From contig JBDHZC010000007.1 in NCBI GenBank assembly GCA_039811685.1, positions 104,654-168,653 on the forward strand: 64,000 nt of DNA, read 5' to 3'. How positions within the stretch are numbered: the first letter of the stretch is position 1; every line of letters begins with the position of its first letter. The position numbers and the translations under genes are program-made. The notes beneath the pieces were generated by a model. That model did no database searches, was not told the origin of the DNA, and worked only from the letters and a program-made list of their open reading frames with translations. The stretch is from Armatimonadota bacterium. Its GTDB lineage: Bacteria > Armatimonadota > UBA5829 > DSUL01. Shown here in pieces: positions 32,364-42,642 of the stretch.

Positions 32364-32636
32364 GGCAGTTCTTGATTTGAGCAGGCATTGCGCTCGATGA
32401 ACTGATTAGTCCCAGCGTGCACATCCTGATCGTGAGAAAGGTCACGGCTTGGACACGTGGCTTCAGCTTCGAGCTCGTCCGCACCTCTAGCCGGTTCACA
32501 CCCACGCGAGTGGTCTGTCAAGCGCCGGCTCACATTCGGCCATACGCTCTCCGCACAATTCCAACGCATCGTCTCCAGCCCTAACCACCCCTCACCCTTC
32601 GATCCTGTCCGCTGATCCCTCATCCTGTCCCCCGCA

Positions 32637-32665
32637 TTGACACTGCGGACAATCGCGCGTATAAC
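32637..32665 (+). promoter_or_regulatory. Sigma70 promoter upstream of topA
   Basis: TTGACA-17 nt-TATAAC. Confidence 0.7.
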
Positions 32666-32937
32666 ATCCGCTGGCTGTCTCTCGCACCTGTGTTCTTGCT
32701 CGGCAGGCTGATTGATTCACCGGAGGAGTTGCCTGGGCGGGCGCTTTTCCAGCCACGCTACAGAGGCTATAACAGCCGCCCGATAATTCGAGCGGACCGG
32801 CTGACAGTAGAGCGATCGCAAGCTCACGCCTCGTCTGACAAAACCGCTGCAGCCTGGGAACAATCCATGTGAGGCGGCGTTCTAGTAGCGTAGACGCTGC
32901 ACTTTGAGAGCTGTCTCAAAATGTCCGGACAGGATTT

Positions 32938-35070
32938 ATGCCACAGAAAAAACCACTAATAATTGTAGAGTCTCCCGCAAAGACCAAAACGCTGAAGAAC
33001 TTTCTCGGCGGGGCGTATGACATTCACGCTTCGGTGGGACACGTCCGGGATCTGCCCAAAAGCAGACTGGGTGTGGACGTGGAACACGACTTCCAACCTT
33101 CGTACTCGATCATCCGGGATCGCAAGAAGGTGGTGGAAGATCTCAGAAAAGCCGCAGCAAAGGCCAGCGAGGTCTATATCGCTTCCGACCCGGATCGCGA
33201 AGGAGAGGCTATCGCGTGGCATGTGGCCGAGGCTCTGAAGCTGGATGAACCCAAGCGCATTGAGTTCAACGAGATTACAAAATCCGCGGTAACCGAGGCT
33301 TTTCGGCATCCCAGGACAATTGATGAAAAGCGTGTGGGCGCACAGCAGGCGCGCAGGGTACTGGACAGACTGGTCGGCTACAAAATCAGCCCGCTGCTGT
33401 GGACTCGCGTAAAGCGAAATTTGAGCGCAGGACGCGTCCAGAGCGTTGCCGTGCGGCTGATCTGTGAGCGCGAACGCGAAATCCAGGGCTTCGTACCTGT
33501 GGAGTACTGGACGCTGACGGCTCGGCTGACACCTCAGGATCAGGTGTTTCCTTTCGAAGCCAGACTCCTCACCATTGACAAGGACAAAGCGTCTCTGTCG
33601 AATGAGGGCGAGGCTCAGGCCGTGGTTGAAGAGCTGCAGGGCGAGACCTACCGCGTTGATAAGATCACGCGAACCGAGCGCAAGCGCAACGCTCCCGCGC
33701 CCTTCATCACCAGCACTCTGCAACAGGAAGCTTCCCGCAAACTCGGCTTTGGAAGCATGCGTACGATGCGGGCGGCGCAGGATTTGTATGAAGGGATTGA
33801 ACTTGGCGGTGAAGGCTCTGTTGGACTGATCACCTATTTGAGAACTGACTCAACGCGCGTTTCTCCGGAGGCCGTCGCCGAGTGCCGCAGCTACGTCACA
33901 GACAAGTACGGCAGCGAATATCTGCCGGGCAGCCCGCGCGTGCATAAATCGTCCAACAAATCTGCGCAGGACGCCCACGAGTGCATTCGTCCGACATCCG
34001 TACTGCGCGAACCAGCCGCGCTCAAGAGCTTTCTCTCTTCTGACCAGTTCAAGCTGTACACCCTGATCTGGCAACGCTTTGTAGCCAGCCAGATGAATCC
34101 GGCCCTCTATGACGTCGAGAGGGTGGACATCCAGGCCGGACGCTTTGGATTTCGCGCCACGGGGTCAACGGAGAAGTTCAAGGGCTTCAGAGTTCTCTAC
34201 TCTGAAGGTACTGATGACAAGAAGGAAGTGGACGACGAAGACCGTCCGCCGCTACCCAGCATGACTGAGGAACAGGTTCTGAAGCTGCTGGAGCTTGTGC
34301 CGGACCAGCATTTCACAGAACCTCCGCCTCGCTATACTGAAGCGACGCTGGTGAAAACTCTGGAGGAGAAAGGCATCGGTCGCCCCAGCACCTATGCCTC
34401 TATCGTAAGCACGATTCGAGACCGGGGGTATGTGGTTCTGGAGCAGAAGCGCTTTAAGCCGACGGACCTCGGATTTACCGTCAACGATCTGCTTGTAAAA
34501 CATTTTCCGAGCATTCTGGATGTCTCATTCACGGCCAATGTTGAGACACAGCTTGACGAAGTGGAAAATGGAAAAGCTGACTGGGTGAGTCTGCTCAGGG
34601 AGTTTTACGGACCCTTTGAGAAGGCGCTTGGCGAAGCTCAGGAAAAAATGGAGCGAGTCAAAGTGGAGCCGCGCGAGAGCGACGAGCTGTGTCCGAAGTG
34701 CGGGCGCAAGATGCTCATCCGCCAGAGCCGCTCCGGCGAAGAGTTTCTGGGCTGCAGCGGTTACCCTGAGTGCAAGACGACAAAAAGCCTGCAGCCACCC
34801 CTGGACGTGAAGTGTCCAACATGTCACGAAGGGGACGTCATACAGCGCAGATCCAAACGCGGGAAGATATTCTTCGGGTGCAACCGGTGGCCGGACTGCG
34901 ACTTTGTCTCCTGGGACAAGCCCGTCTCTGAGCCCTGCCCACAGTGCGGAGGCCTTATGGTTGACAAGACGACCAAGGCGCGAGGTCACGAGGTTCGCTG
35001 TACGGTGGAAGGGTGTGGATACAGCCGGCCGGTTGTTGAAAAACCGGAGTCCGAAGACGAAGCCGCCTAG
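32938..35070 (+). CDS. topA: DNA topoisomerase I with three C-terminal zinc ribbons
   Basis: IVESPAK, DPDREGE, SAGRVQS, LITYLRTDS and GIGRPSTYA; CxxC repeats at the C-terminus. Confidence 0.98.
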   Translation: MPQKKPLIIVESPAKTKTLKNFLGGAYDIHASVGHVRDLPKSRLGVDVEHDFQPSYSIIRDRKKVVEDLRKAAAKASEVYIASDPDREGEAIAWHVAEALKLDEPKRIEFNEITKSAVTEAFRHPRTIDEKRVGAQQARRVLDRLVGYKISPLLWTRVKRNLSAGRVQSVAVRLICEREREIQGFVPVEYWTLTARLTPQDQVFPFEARLLTIDKDKASLSNEGEAQAVVEELQGETYRVDKITRTERKRNAPAPFITSTLQQEASRKLGFGSMRTMRAAQDLYEGIELGGEGSVGLITYLRTDSTRVSPEAVAECRSYVTDKYGSEYLPGSPRVHKSSNKSAQDAHECIRPTSVLREPAALKSFLSSDQFKLYTLIWQRFVASQMNPALYDVERVDIQAGRFGFRATGSTEKFKGFRVLYSEGTDDKKEVDDEDRPPLPSMTEEQVLKLLELVPDQHFTEPPPRYTEATLVKTLEEKGIGRPSTYASIVSTIRDRGYVVLEQKRFKPTDLGFTVNDLLVKHFPSILDVSFTANVETQLDEVENGKADWVSLLREFYGPFEKALGEAQEKMERVKVEPRESDELCPKCGRKMLIRQSRSGEEFLGCSGYPECKTTKSLQPPLDVKCPTCHEGDVIQRRSKRGKIFFGCNRWPDCDFVSWDKPVSEPCPQCGGLMVDKTTKARGHEVRCTVEGCGYSRPVVEKPESEDEAA

Positions 35071-35078
35071 CGTGCGCG

Positions 35079-36422
35079 ATGTTTGACGGTGTGACAGTCA
35101 TCGGCGGCGGGCTGGCTGGCAGCGAGGCCGCATGGCAGATAGCCAGACGCGGCGTCCCCGTGCGCCTGTGCGAAATGCGACCCGGCAAGCAGACGGGCGC
35201 CCATAAGACCGCTAATCTGGCGGAGCTGGTCTGCAGCAACTCTTTCAAGAGCAACCTGCCCCACACGGCAAGCGGCGAACTCAAGCGAGAGATGCGCAGC
35301 CTGGGTTCTATGATTCTCGAGGCCGCTGACGAAGCCTCAGTGCCGGCTGGCGAAGCTCTGGCGGTTGACCGCGAACTGTTTGCCGCAAGTGTCCAGAGTC
35401 GCCTCAACGCCCTTTCCAGCGTGGAGATTATTCGGGAAGAGGCAGAGCGCATTCCGGACGAAGGGCTGGTGATTGTGGCGACCGGTCCCTTGACGTCTGA
35501 AGCGCTCGCCGCAGATGTCGCCCGGATAACAGGGTCCGAGCGGCTATTCTTCTACGACGCTGTGGCCCCGATAGTCGAGACGGACTCAATAGACTTCGAC
35601 CATTGCTGGGAAGGCTCCCGCTACGATAAGGGCGACGGCGCGTATCTGAACTGCCCACTGAGCAAAGAGCAGTACGACGAGATATATGAAGCGATTTGCT
35701 CTGCGGAGCTGGCGCCTGTCCACGATTTCGAAGACCCCAGGTTTTTTGAAGGGTGCCTGCCGCTTGAGGAGATCGCCCGCCGCGGACCCGAGACCCTTGC
35801 GCATGGCCCCTGGAAACCTGTAGGCCTGCGCGATCCGCGCACAGGTGAGCGCGCGCATGCGGTCGTTCAGCTTCGGCGTGAAAACAGCGCCGGCACCTGT
35901 TACAGCCTGGTAGCCTGTCAGAGCCGAATGACCTGGCCTGAGCAGCGGCGGATATTTGGGATGATTCCCGCTCTGGCTAATGCTTCGTGGCTGAGACTGG
36001 GAGTTGTGCACCGGAATACGTATCTGGACTCCCCGCGCCTGCTGGACACAGCGCTGCGCCTGCGCTCCGTCCCGCGCGTGGCCTTTGCCGGGCAGATCAC
36101 GGGAGTGGAAGGCTATCTGGAGTCTGCGGCCACCGGACTTCTTACGGGTATCAATGCCGCGCTCGCCCTTCTGTCAGAGGACGAGCCATTCGTCCCGCCC
36201 GCTGAGAGCATGCTTGGCGCTCTTGTGCGCTACGTTGCGGAAAGCGAATCAGCGGCCTTCGCCCCGATGAACGCCAATTTCGGCATTCTTCCGCCAGTGG
36301 GAGGGCCAAAAAGACGCAAAGAAGACCGTCGCCGGATAGCCTGCGACCGCGCCCACGATGCGCTCATCAAAGCCGCCGAGGTTCAAGGCGTTTTGTCAGT
36401 CCCCACCGCTCCAGGCGTGTGA
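35079..36422 (+). CDS. trmFO: Folate/FAD-dependent tRNA (uracil-5-)-methyltransferase
   Basis: VIGGGLAGSEAA, ELVCSNSF, FFEGCLP and AGQITGVEGY; conserved position after topA. Confidence 0.95.
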   Translation: MFDGVTVIGGGLAGSEAAWQIARRGVPVRLCEMRPGKQTGAHKTANLAELVCSNSFKSNLPHTASGELKREMRSLGSMILEAADEASVPAGEALAVDRELFAASVQSRLNALSSVEIIREEAERIPDEGLVIVATGPLTSEALAADVARITGSERLFFYDAVAPIVETDSIDFDHCWEGSRYDKGDGAYLNCPLSKEQYDEIYEAICSAELAPVHDFEDPRFFEGCLPLEEIARRGPETLAHGPWKPVGLRDPRTGERAHAVVQLRRENSAGTCYSLVACQSRMTWPEQRRIFGMIPALANASWLRLGVVHRNTYLDSPRLLDTALRLRSVPRVAFAGQITGVEGYLESAATGLLTGINAALALLSEDEPFVPPAESMLGALVRYVAESESAAFAPMNANFGILPPVGGPKRRKEDRRRIACDRAHDALIKAAEVQGVLSVPTAPGV

Positions 36423-36546
36423 CCCAGCGCCTGACGGGCGCCGATTGCCGCTCTTTTTCTCCTTCATCACCCTGCTGTCACTGCTTTCCCGGTATTTTCA
36501 CCAGTCTTTTCTTGAAAACGAGCAGACGTACGCCTGCCCGCCCGAA

Positions 36547-36563
36547 TTGGCACGGGATTTGCA
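36547..36563 (+). promoter_or_regulatory. Sigma54 (-24/-12) promoter motif
   Basis: TTGGCAC-GGGAT-TTGCA, an exact match to TGGCAC-N5-TTGC(A/T), intergenic and pointing at the PEP-CTERM gene. Confidence 0.65.
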
Positions 36564-37044
36564 CCATAGGACAGTAGAAAATCAGATTCCGAAGCACTTG
36601 CCTCCCGCTTGGCGGCTGGCGGCGTCTGGTGACAGGTACCGCGCAGCCGGGGCGAGGCGTTTGCAGATGACAATTGCAGACGTGACGTTCAGTCGAGTTC
36701 GGAAATCAGAAACGTCCGATCTGAAAGATGGGATCGGCCAAGAGCCGGCAGCACTGCTGTAAATGCAGATGTGCGCCCACTCCTGTTGGGGGAGTGTCAG
36801 GCTTCGAAGAATACCCGAGGCAATTTGAGTTGGGCAGCGACGCAACACAGCGCGGCTTTTGTGCGCGGTAGTTGGTCGCAAGTGGCAGAGGCGGGCGCTT
36901 TTCGTCTAGGGCGGAAACGTTCTGCTTTCTTTACCACGCTGCGCCGCTTACTTGAATCAGGCTCAGCCTGATCTCAGGTGAGGGTTACGGCGCCGGCTCA
37001 GTCGCATTGCACGTCAGCAAGACCGACCCAGGAGTAAAGATAGT

Positions 37045-37875
37045 ATGAAAACAGGCAAATTGTGCTTGTGGACGGTAGCCCTGGCCGTTGTCACAGGCTT
37101 TATGTCGAGTCCGTCTCACGCGGAGCGGACTCTTCCAGGATCGTTCCTGAAATGGCGCGTCAGCAACTCCGCTGAGTTGGCCAAACAGATTGACGACTCT
37201 GCAGAAGTGGCCCGGCGCTATCAGGCCTTCTACAAGCAGGACCCTTCCGTGATTTCGGAACGCTTCCAGGGACTTCATGTGATGACGCTGTCGAAGCAGT
37301 TGACGACTCGCGTTCATTTCATCTCCAAGAGCGGCAAGATCAGCTCCAAGACCACAACTTTTCTCCCCGGAGCGCTGGTGTTTGCCGACGCCAACAACAA
37401 ACCGGTGCTTGACTACAAGTGCGGGAATCCTATGAGCTCCGACCTTCCATCCGTGGAGAAGGTGATGTCAGAGAAGACTCCCGAAGTCAGCACTGACCTG
37501 CCAATGAGCGGGCAGGGCGCCGAGGTCCCTGTGGACGTCCAGATGACAGAAGTCGCATCCAGCACGGCTGTGCCAAACGCTGAACCGATCTTCACCGAAG
37601 TTCTGGCCCAGCCGACGGAAGTCTTTACCGGCGCCGCAACAGTTGGTCCCGCGACGGCGACTACCGCGACGACGGCTGTTGAAGCCGCTCCGGTGGCCGT
37701 GGCGGCTGGTGGAGGTCCGGTTGGCCTTCTGGCTGCTGTCCCGCTGCTGTTCCTTGGAGGCGGTGGTGGTGGCGGTGGAGGCGGCCCTGTAGTGCCGGAG
37801 CCATCGACGATACTGACTCTTGGAGCAAGTCTGAGCGCCTTTGCAGGGCTGGCGATTCGAAGAAAGCGCCACTGA
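37045..37875 (+). CDS. Secreted PEP-CTERM sorting-domain protein
   Basis: Signal peptide; C-terminal VPEPST followed by a TM and RRKRH; AGGAG RBS. Confidence 0.9.
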   Translation: MKTGKLCLWTVALAVVTGFMSSPSHAERTLPGSFLKWRVSNSAELAKQIDDSAEVARRYQAFYKQDPSVISERFQGLHVMTLSKQLTTRVHFISKSGKISSKTTTFLPGALVFADANNKPVLDYKCGNPMSSDLPSVEKVMSEKTPEVSTDLPMSGQGAEVPVDVQMTEVASSTAVPNAEPIFTEVLAQPTEVFTGAATVGPATATTATTAVEAAPVAVAAGGGPVGLLAAVPLLFLGGGGGGGGGGPVVPEPSTILTLGASLSAFAGLAIRRKRH

Positions 37876-37971
37876 TCCAACTTACCACAACGGACGCTCC
37901 CCAAACAGGTTCGACCCGGTTTCTACCTCCACCAGAGGCCGGGTCGGACTCTGAAAGGTGTGGAAGCGTTG

Positions 37972-38017
37972 AGCGCAGACCAGAAGGGTGACGAGCTTCT
38001 GGTCTGCGCTTCTTTTT
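37972..38017 (+). terminator. Rho-independent terminator
   Basis: 15-bp stem AGCGCAGACCAGAAG / CTTCTGGTCTGCGCT followed by TCTTTTT. Confidence 0.85.
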
Positions 38018-38056
38018 CGTTGAGGAAAGGCCCGGCATTGCGAGGCGGGGCAGCCA

Positions 38057-38086
38057 TTGCGAAGGCACAGACCAGCATGGTATACT
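38057..38086 (+). promoter_or_regulatory. Sigma70 promoter of the nusA-infB operon
   Basis: TTGCGA-18 nt-TATACT with an extended TG. Confidence 0.65.
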
Positions 38087-38117
38087 CAACGGCGTAGAGG
38101 CTCGTTTCGCATGGATG

Positions 38118-38144
38118 AAGTGGGTTGAAAAACCCGCTTTTTTT
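38118..38144 (+). terminator. Leader terminator or attenuator of the nusA operon (rimP-leader-like)
   Basis: AAGTGGGTT-GAAA-AACCCGCTT running into a T-tract, ~30 nt after the promoter. Resembles the GTGGG...CCCAC hairpins found upstream of rimP-nusA. Confidence 0.7.
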
Positions 38145-38326
38145 GTTGCTGTGCTTGTAGTTACACAGGCTACAATGTCCATGCTATATTAGAGAGCTTT
38201 TTATCGTGGGTCGCTGACGGCGCCCCAATTATTAATTGAACAGCCGCCAACTTCGACCCGAGCGGATGATCGCTGCGGGTCGTATTGTTAGTGGCATATA
38301 TCGAGCGATTTCGGGAGACGCAAGCG

Positions 38327-39544
38327 GTGAACGAAGAGTTCCTGGACGCCCTCCGACAAATCGAAAAGGAAAAGGAAATCCCGTTCGAGGTGTTGATGGA
38401 CACCATCGAGCAAGCGCTGGTGCACGCCTACAAGAAGCACTATGGCGCGATGGACGTTCGGGTTCGCGTTGACCACACGCCCAAGGGATTCAAAGTTTTC
38501 ACTCAGAAAGATGTTGTCCAGGAGGTTGAGAACCCGGACATCGAGATCTCACTTGCCGAAGCGCGAGCTACCAATCCTGATGCGCTCGTCGGGGATACGG
38601 TTGAGTTTGAGGTGACTCCGGAGAACTTTGGGCGCATTGCCGCGCAGACAGCCAAGCAGGTTGTTGTTCAGCGCATCCGGGACGCTGAGCGCGAGCAGGT
38701 GTATGACGAGTTTGGCGATCGCATCGGCCAGGTAGTCACGGGAGTTGTCCAGCGCACTGAACAGCGAAATGTGGTTATTGGTCTGGGCAAGGTGGAGGCT
38801 CTGCTTCCTCCACCGGAACAGGTTCCCACAGAGCCCTACAACTTCAATGATCGCCTGAAGGTCTATGTTCTGGAGGTTCGCCGAACCAATCGCGGTCCTC
38901 AGGTGTATGTTTCACGCACGCATCCCAATCTGATACGCGGCCTTTTTGAGTTGGAAGTGCCGGAAATTGCGGAGGGTATAGTCGAGATTCAGTCCGTCGC
39001 GCGCGAACCCGGACAGCGTTCAAAAATCGCCGTTTCGTCTTCAGATGAGCGGGTTGATCCGGTTGGCGCATGCGTAGGGCACAGAGGTACGCGCGTGCAG
39101 TCAGTTGTCACGGAGCTTTATGACGAGAAGGTAGATATCGTCAGATGGAGCCCGGACACGGCCAGGTTTATAGCGGAGTCCCTGAGCCCTGCCAAGCCTT
39201 CCAACGTCACGATAGACGAAGCCAATAAGACTGCCCTCGTTGTGATGCCGGACAATCAGCTTTCGCTGGCTATTGGCAAGAGCGGACAGAATGTACGATT
39301 GGCCGCCCGGCTGACCGGATGGCGCATAGACATTCGCAGTGAGTCTCAGGCAGACGAGCCCGGCGCCCCGGCGGATCGAGACGCCGCTCTTGACTCATCC
39401 GCCACAGCTTCCGAGGAGACCGCCCCACTCTCAGATGCCCCATCTGTTGCGGAAACAACTCAGATAGAGGCTGACTCCTCGACGGAGGCTGGTGTCGCTG
39501 TAAGCGACGGCGTTGAGGCCGCTGAAAATGAGGCGCAGGAATAG
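38327..39544 (+). CDS. nusA: Transcription termination/antitermination factor NusA
   Basis: FGRIAAQTAKQV, LFELEVPEI, AREPGQRSK and LAIGKSGQNVRLAARLTGW. GTG at 38327. Confidence 0.97.
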   Translation: MNEEFLDALRQIEKEKEIPFEVLMDTIEQALVHAYKKHYGAMDVRVRVDHTPKGFKVFTQKDVVQEVENPDIEISLAEARATNPDALVGDTVEFEVTPENFGRIAAQTAKQVVVQRIRDAEREQVYDEFGDRIGQVVTGVVQRTEQRNVVIGLGKVEALLPPPEQVPTEPYNFNDRLKVYVLEVRRTNRGPQVYVSRTHPNLIRGLFELEVPEIAEGIVEIQSVAREPGQRSKIAVSSSDERVDPVGACVGHRGTRVQSVVTELYDEKVDIVRWSPDTARFIAESLSPAKPSNVTIDEANKTALVVMPDNQLSLAIGKSGQNVRLAARLTGWRIDIRSESQADEPGAPADRDAALDSSATASEETAPLSDAPSVAETTQIEADSSTEAGVAVSDGVEAAENEAQE

Positions 39545-39604
39545 CGCGGGCGACTGGCGCGTTGCCTGTGGGAAACAGATTTTGAGTGAAATCTGTTATA
39601 AAGT

Positions 39605-39886
39605 GTGAAGACTGAGCAAACTGAGGAATCCGGGAGCCAGATCCGCAGTTGCGTGGGCTGCCGGCGAAAGGCGTCCAAGCGCGAGTTTGTCCGGATTGTT
39701 CGATCGCCCGACGGTGAGGTCTCTCTGGACTCTGGAGGCCGAGCTGCTGGGCGCGGCGCCTACGTATGCGCGAATGAAGTTTGTGTGAAGAAGGCCCTTC
39801 GAGGGTCAAGATTGACGAAGGCTCTTAGAGCCAGCGTAAATGAGTCCGTGCTTAACGATCTAATGAAATCGGTCGCGTCCAGGTGA
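39605..39886 (+). CDS. ylxR: YlxR family RNA-binding protein
   Basis: RSCVGCR, VRIVRSPDG and GRGAYVC; directly after nusA. Confidence 0.92.
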   Translation: MKTEQTEESGSQIRSCVGCRRKASKREFVRIVRSPDGEVSLDSGGRAAGRGAYVCANEVCVKKALRGSRLTKALRASVNESVLNDLMKSVASR

Positions 39887-40036
39887 ATATGCGAGCCCGT
39901 AAGACAGGTCATTGTGGACCTGTCTGTGAGTGCGTGTACGCCGTGCGCATGGCTGTTGCTCGCCTCTGCGACAACTTGAGGGGCGACCAGATGTAGTCAT
40001 CAGTTTCTATTGAATAGACGGAGGAGGTCGGCGGTA

Positions 40037-41950
40037 TTGAGTATCCGCGTTTCCGATTTAGCTAAGGAGTTGGGAGTCACATCATCCCAGTTGATTTCAG
40101 CGCTCCACGACCTGGGAGTCGAAGTCGCTGGCCCAACCAGTACAATAGACGAAGACACCGCCGAACTCGTCAGAGAGCTTCTGGCGTCCCAGTCTGCGGG
40201 CGTCACTGAAGTTCCTGAGAACGTCATTGTTCGCGACTTTGCGGACATTCTCGGTATTTCACCCTCAGACGTGCAAAAAGCCCTGATTGAGATGGGCGTT
40301 CTTGCTTCCCTTACCCAGACAATTGCCTTCGAGCAGGCCGAGAAAGTGGCCGCAAAGCTCGGCAAAGATATCCGCAAAGGCACGGGCCGCGCACCAACTC
40401 CCGCAAAACCGAAAGCCAAACCCAAAGCCGCGCCAAAGGGCGCTCGCGAGCGTCCGCCGGTTGTCACGGTGCTCGGACACGTGGACCACGGCAAGACATC
40501 TCTGCTTGATGCCATCCGAAACACGCGGGTAACGGCTGGTGAGTTCGGCGGCATAACCCAGCATATTGGCGCTTACCAGGTCATCAAGAACGACAAGCCT
40601 ATCACTTTTATTGACACCCCCGGGCACGCTGCCTTTACCGCCATGAGAGCGCGTGGCGCGCAAGTGACGGACATTGCCGTGCTTGTCGTAGCCGCAGACG
40701 ACGGAATAATGCCGCAGACACGGGAGGCCATCGATCATGCCAGGGCCGCGGGTGTCCCGATTATCGTAGCGCTCAATAAGATTGACAGGCCCGATGCCAA
40801 CCCCGAAAGGGTCAAACAGCAGCTTGCAGAGGTCGAGTTGATTCCCGAAGAATGGGGCGGCGACACCATGGTGGTCCCCGTCTCAGCGACGGAAGGCACA
40901 GGGATTGACGATTTGCTGGAGAGGATTCAACTTCAGGCGGAAGTCCTGGAGCTTACGGCCGATCCTGCGGCCGATCCGGAAGGCGTCGTGATTGAGTCGC
41001 GGCTGGAACGAGGCCGGGGACCGGTGGCGACCCTGCTCGTGCAAAATGGAACGCTCAAGATTGGCGCATCGGTGGTCGTAGGGTCCACCTACGGCAAAGT
41101 CAAAGCGATGATCGATGACAAGGGGCAGCGCGTTCAGAAAGCGGGGCCAGCCACACCAATAGAGCTTCTGGGACTCCAGGATGTTCCAAATGCGGGTGAG
41201 ACACTCACTGCGGCCACAGACGACCGCCACGCTCGTCAGGCGGCGCAGGAACGCACAGACAGGGAGCGCGAAGAGCGTCTGGCTTCCAGCGCAAAGGTGA
41301 GTCTTGAGGATCTCTACCGCAAGTTGCGCGAGGGCGAAGTCAAGGAGCTTAACGTCGTCATCAAATCTGACGTGGACGGTTCCGCGGAGGCGATTCGCCA
41401 GTCGCTCGATGAGCTTTCAACAGATGAAGTCGCTGTGAAGGTGATTCGAAGCTCGGTTGGAAACGTCGCGGAGTCTGATGTGATGCTGGCCGCCGCGTCC
41501 AGCGCTATCGTCATCGGGTTCAATGTTCGTGTTGAGAAGGAAGCGATCGCGGCTGCAGAGCGGGAACGGGTCGAAGTACGCGAGTACAACATTATCTACG
41601 AGCTTCTCGACGACGTACGTAAGGCTATGGCTGGTCTGCTGGAGCCGGAGGAAAAAGAGGAGATCATCGGGCATGCCCAGGTGCGCCAGCTCTTCAAGAC
41701 TCCGGGTGGCATGGTCGCCGGCAGCTATATGCAGGACGGGCGCATCACGCGCAATTCTCTTGTCCGCGTAATGCGCGATGGGAAGGTTGTGTTTTCAGGC
41801 GGAGTGGATTCGCTGCGGCGCTTCAAAGAGGATGTGCGCGAAGTCGTGTCCGGATTTGAATGCGGCATCCAGGTTGACGGCTTCAACAGCATTCAGGAAA
41901 ACGATATCATTGAAGCCTACGAGATTCAGCAGGTCGCGCGCACACTTTAA
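40037..41950 (+). CDS. infB: Translation initiation factor IF-2
   Basis: [30 protein letters not shown] and GFECG. TTG start after GGAGG. Confidence 0.98.
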   Translation: MSIRVSDLAKELGVTSSQLISALHDLGVEVAGPTSTIDEDTAELVRELLASQSAGVTEVPENVIVRDFADILGISPSDVQKALIEMGVLASLTQTIAFEQAEKVAAKLGKDIRKGTGRAPTPAKPKAKPKAAPKGARERPPVVTVLGHVDHGKTSLLDAIRNTRVTAGEFGGITQHIGAYQVIKNDKPITFIDTPGHAAFTAMRARGAQVTDIAVLVVAADDGIMPQTREAIDHARAAGVPIIVALNKIDRPDANPERVKQQLAEVELIPEEWGGDTMVVPVSATEGTGIDDLLERIQLQAEVLELTADPAADPEGVVIESRLERGRGPVATLLVQNGTLKIGASVVVGSTYGKVKAMIDDKGQRVQKAGPATPIELLGLQDVPNAGETLTAATDDRHARQAAQERTDREREERLASSAKVSLEDLYRKLREGEVKELNVVIKSDVDGSAEAIRQSLDELSTDEVAVKVIRSSVGNVAESDVMLAAASSAIVIGFNVRVEKEAIAAAERERVEVREYNIIYELLDDVRKAMAGLLEPEEKEEIIGHAQVRQLFKTPGGMVAGSYMQDGRITRNSLVRVMRDGKVVFSGGVDSLRRFKEDVREVVSGFECGIQVDGFNSIQENDIIEAYEIQQVARTL

Positions 41951-41983
41951 GCGCGTGACCGCCGGCTGAGGCTGAGGCAACCG

Positions 41984-42268
41984 ATGGTACACGTCGGCTT
42001 GCTGAGAGTGGAAGTAGCGCTGGGTGAAGGCAACAGCCTGAAAGACAAGCGCCACGTGATCAAAAGCACGCTGGACACGGTCCGCGACAGATTCAACGTG
42101 TCCGCCGCCGAAGTTGGCTTTCTGGACAGCCTCAGACGCGCTGAAATGGCTTTCTCAATCGTCTGCAACGACCGCGCCCGCGCCAACGCCATTCTGGACA
42201 AGGTGCTGGACCATATCGAGCGAGATCCCAGAATCTCTGTCACGGAAGCGGATATTGAGTTTTTGTAA
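41984..42268 (+). CDS. ylxP: DUF503 (YlxP) family protein
   Basis: SLKDKRHVIKS...RFNVSAAEV; lies between infB and rbfA. Confidence 0.9.
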   Translation: MVHVGLLRVEVALGEGNSLKDKRHVIKSTLDTVRDRFNVSAAEVGFLDSLRRAEMAFSIVCNDRARANAILDKVLDHIERDPRISVTEADIEFL

Positions 42269-42282
42269 AAGGAGTGTCTCTG

Positions 42283-42642
42283 ATGAGTCTGCGACAGGAG
42301 AGAATCAACAAGGTTCTGATCCAGCAGATCAGTGAGATCATTATGCGTATGAAAGATCCCCGGCTTGGGTTTCTGACAGTAACCGGAGCAAAGATCGCGC
42401 CGGATCTGCGTTCCGCCCGCATCGGCGTGAGTGTGCTGGGGGAAGCGGACGAACGGAAAGAAGCAGTACGCGTACTAGAGATCGCCACCGGACACATCCG
42501 GCGGGAACTCGGCCGGAGCGCCCGGCTGAAGTCCACGCCAGCGCTGGAGTTCTATCTGGATGAAGGCGCCTTGAACAGCTTCCGCGTGCAGCAATTGCTC
42601 AAGGATATTGAGGACAAAGGCTCTGACACCGGAGACGTTTGA
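42283..42642 (+). CDS. rbfA: Ribosome-binding factor A
   Basis: MKDPRLGFLTVT, PDLRSA and TPALEFYLD. Confidence 0.94.
   Translation: MSLRQERINKVLIQQISEIIMRMKDPRLGFLTVTGAKIAPDLRSARIGVSVLGEADERKEAVRVLEIATGHIRRELGRSARLKSTPALEFYLDEGALNSFRVQQLLKDIEDKGSDTGDV

Noticed and set aside
32357..32623. 88-aa minus-strand ORF between dprA and topA
   Set aside because: No recognisable domain and it overlaps promoter-like elements; not called as a CDS.
36700..36760. GAAA-containing hairpin resembling a c-di-GMP-I riboswitch
   Set aside because: It lacks the GGCAAA and GACGCAAAGC elements; kept only as part of the long-leader finding.
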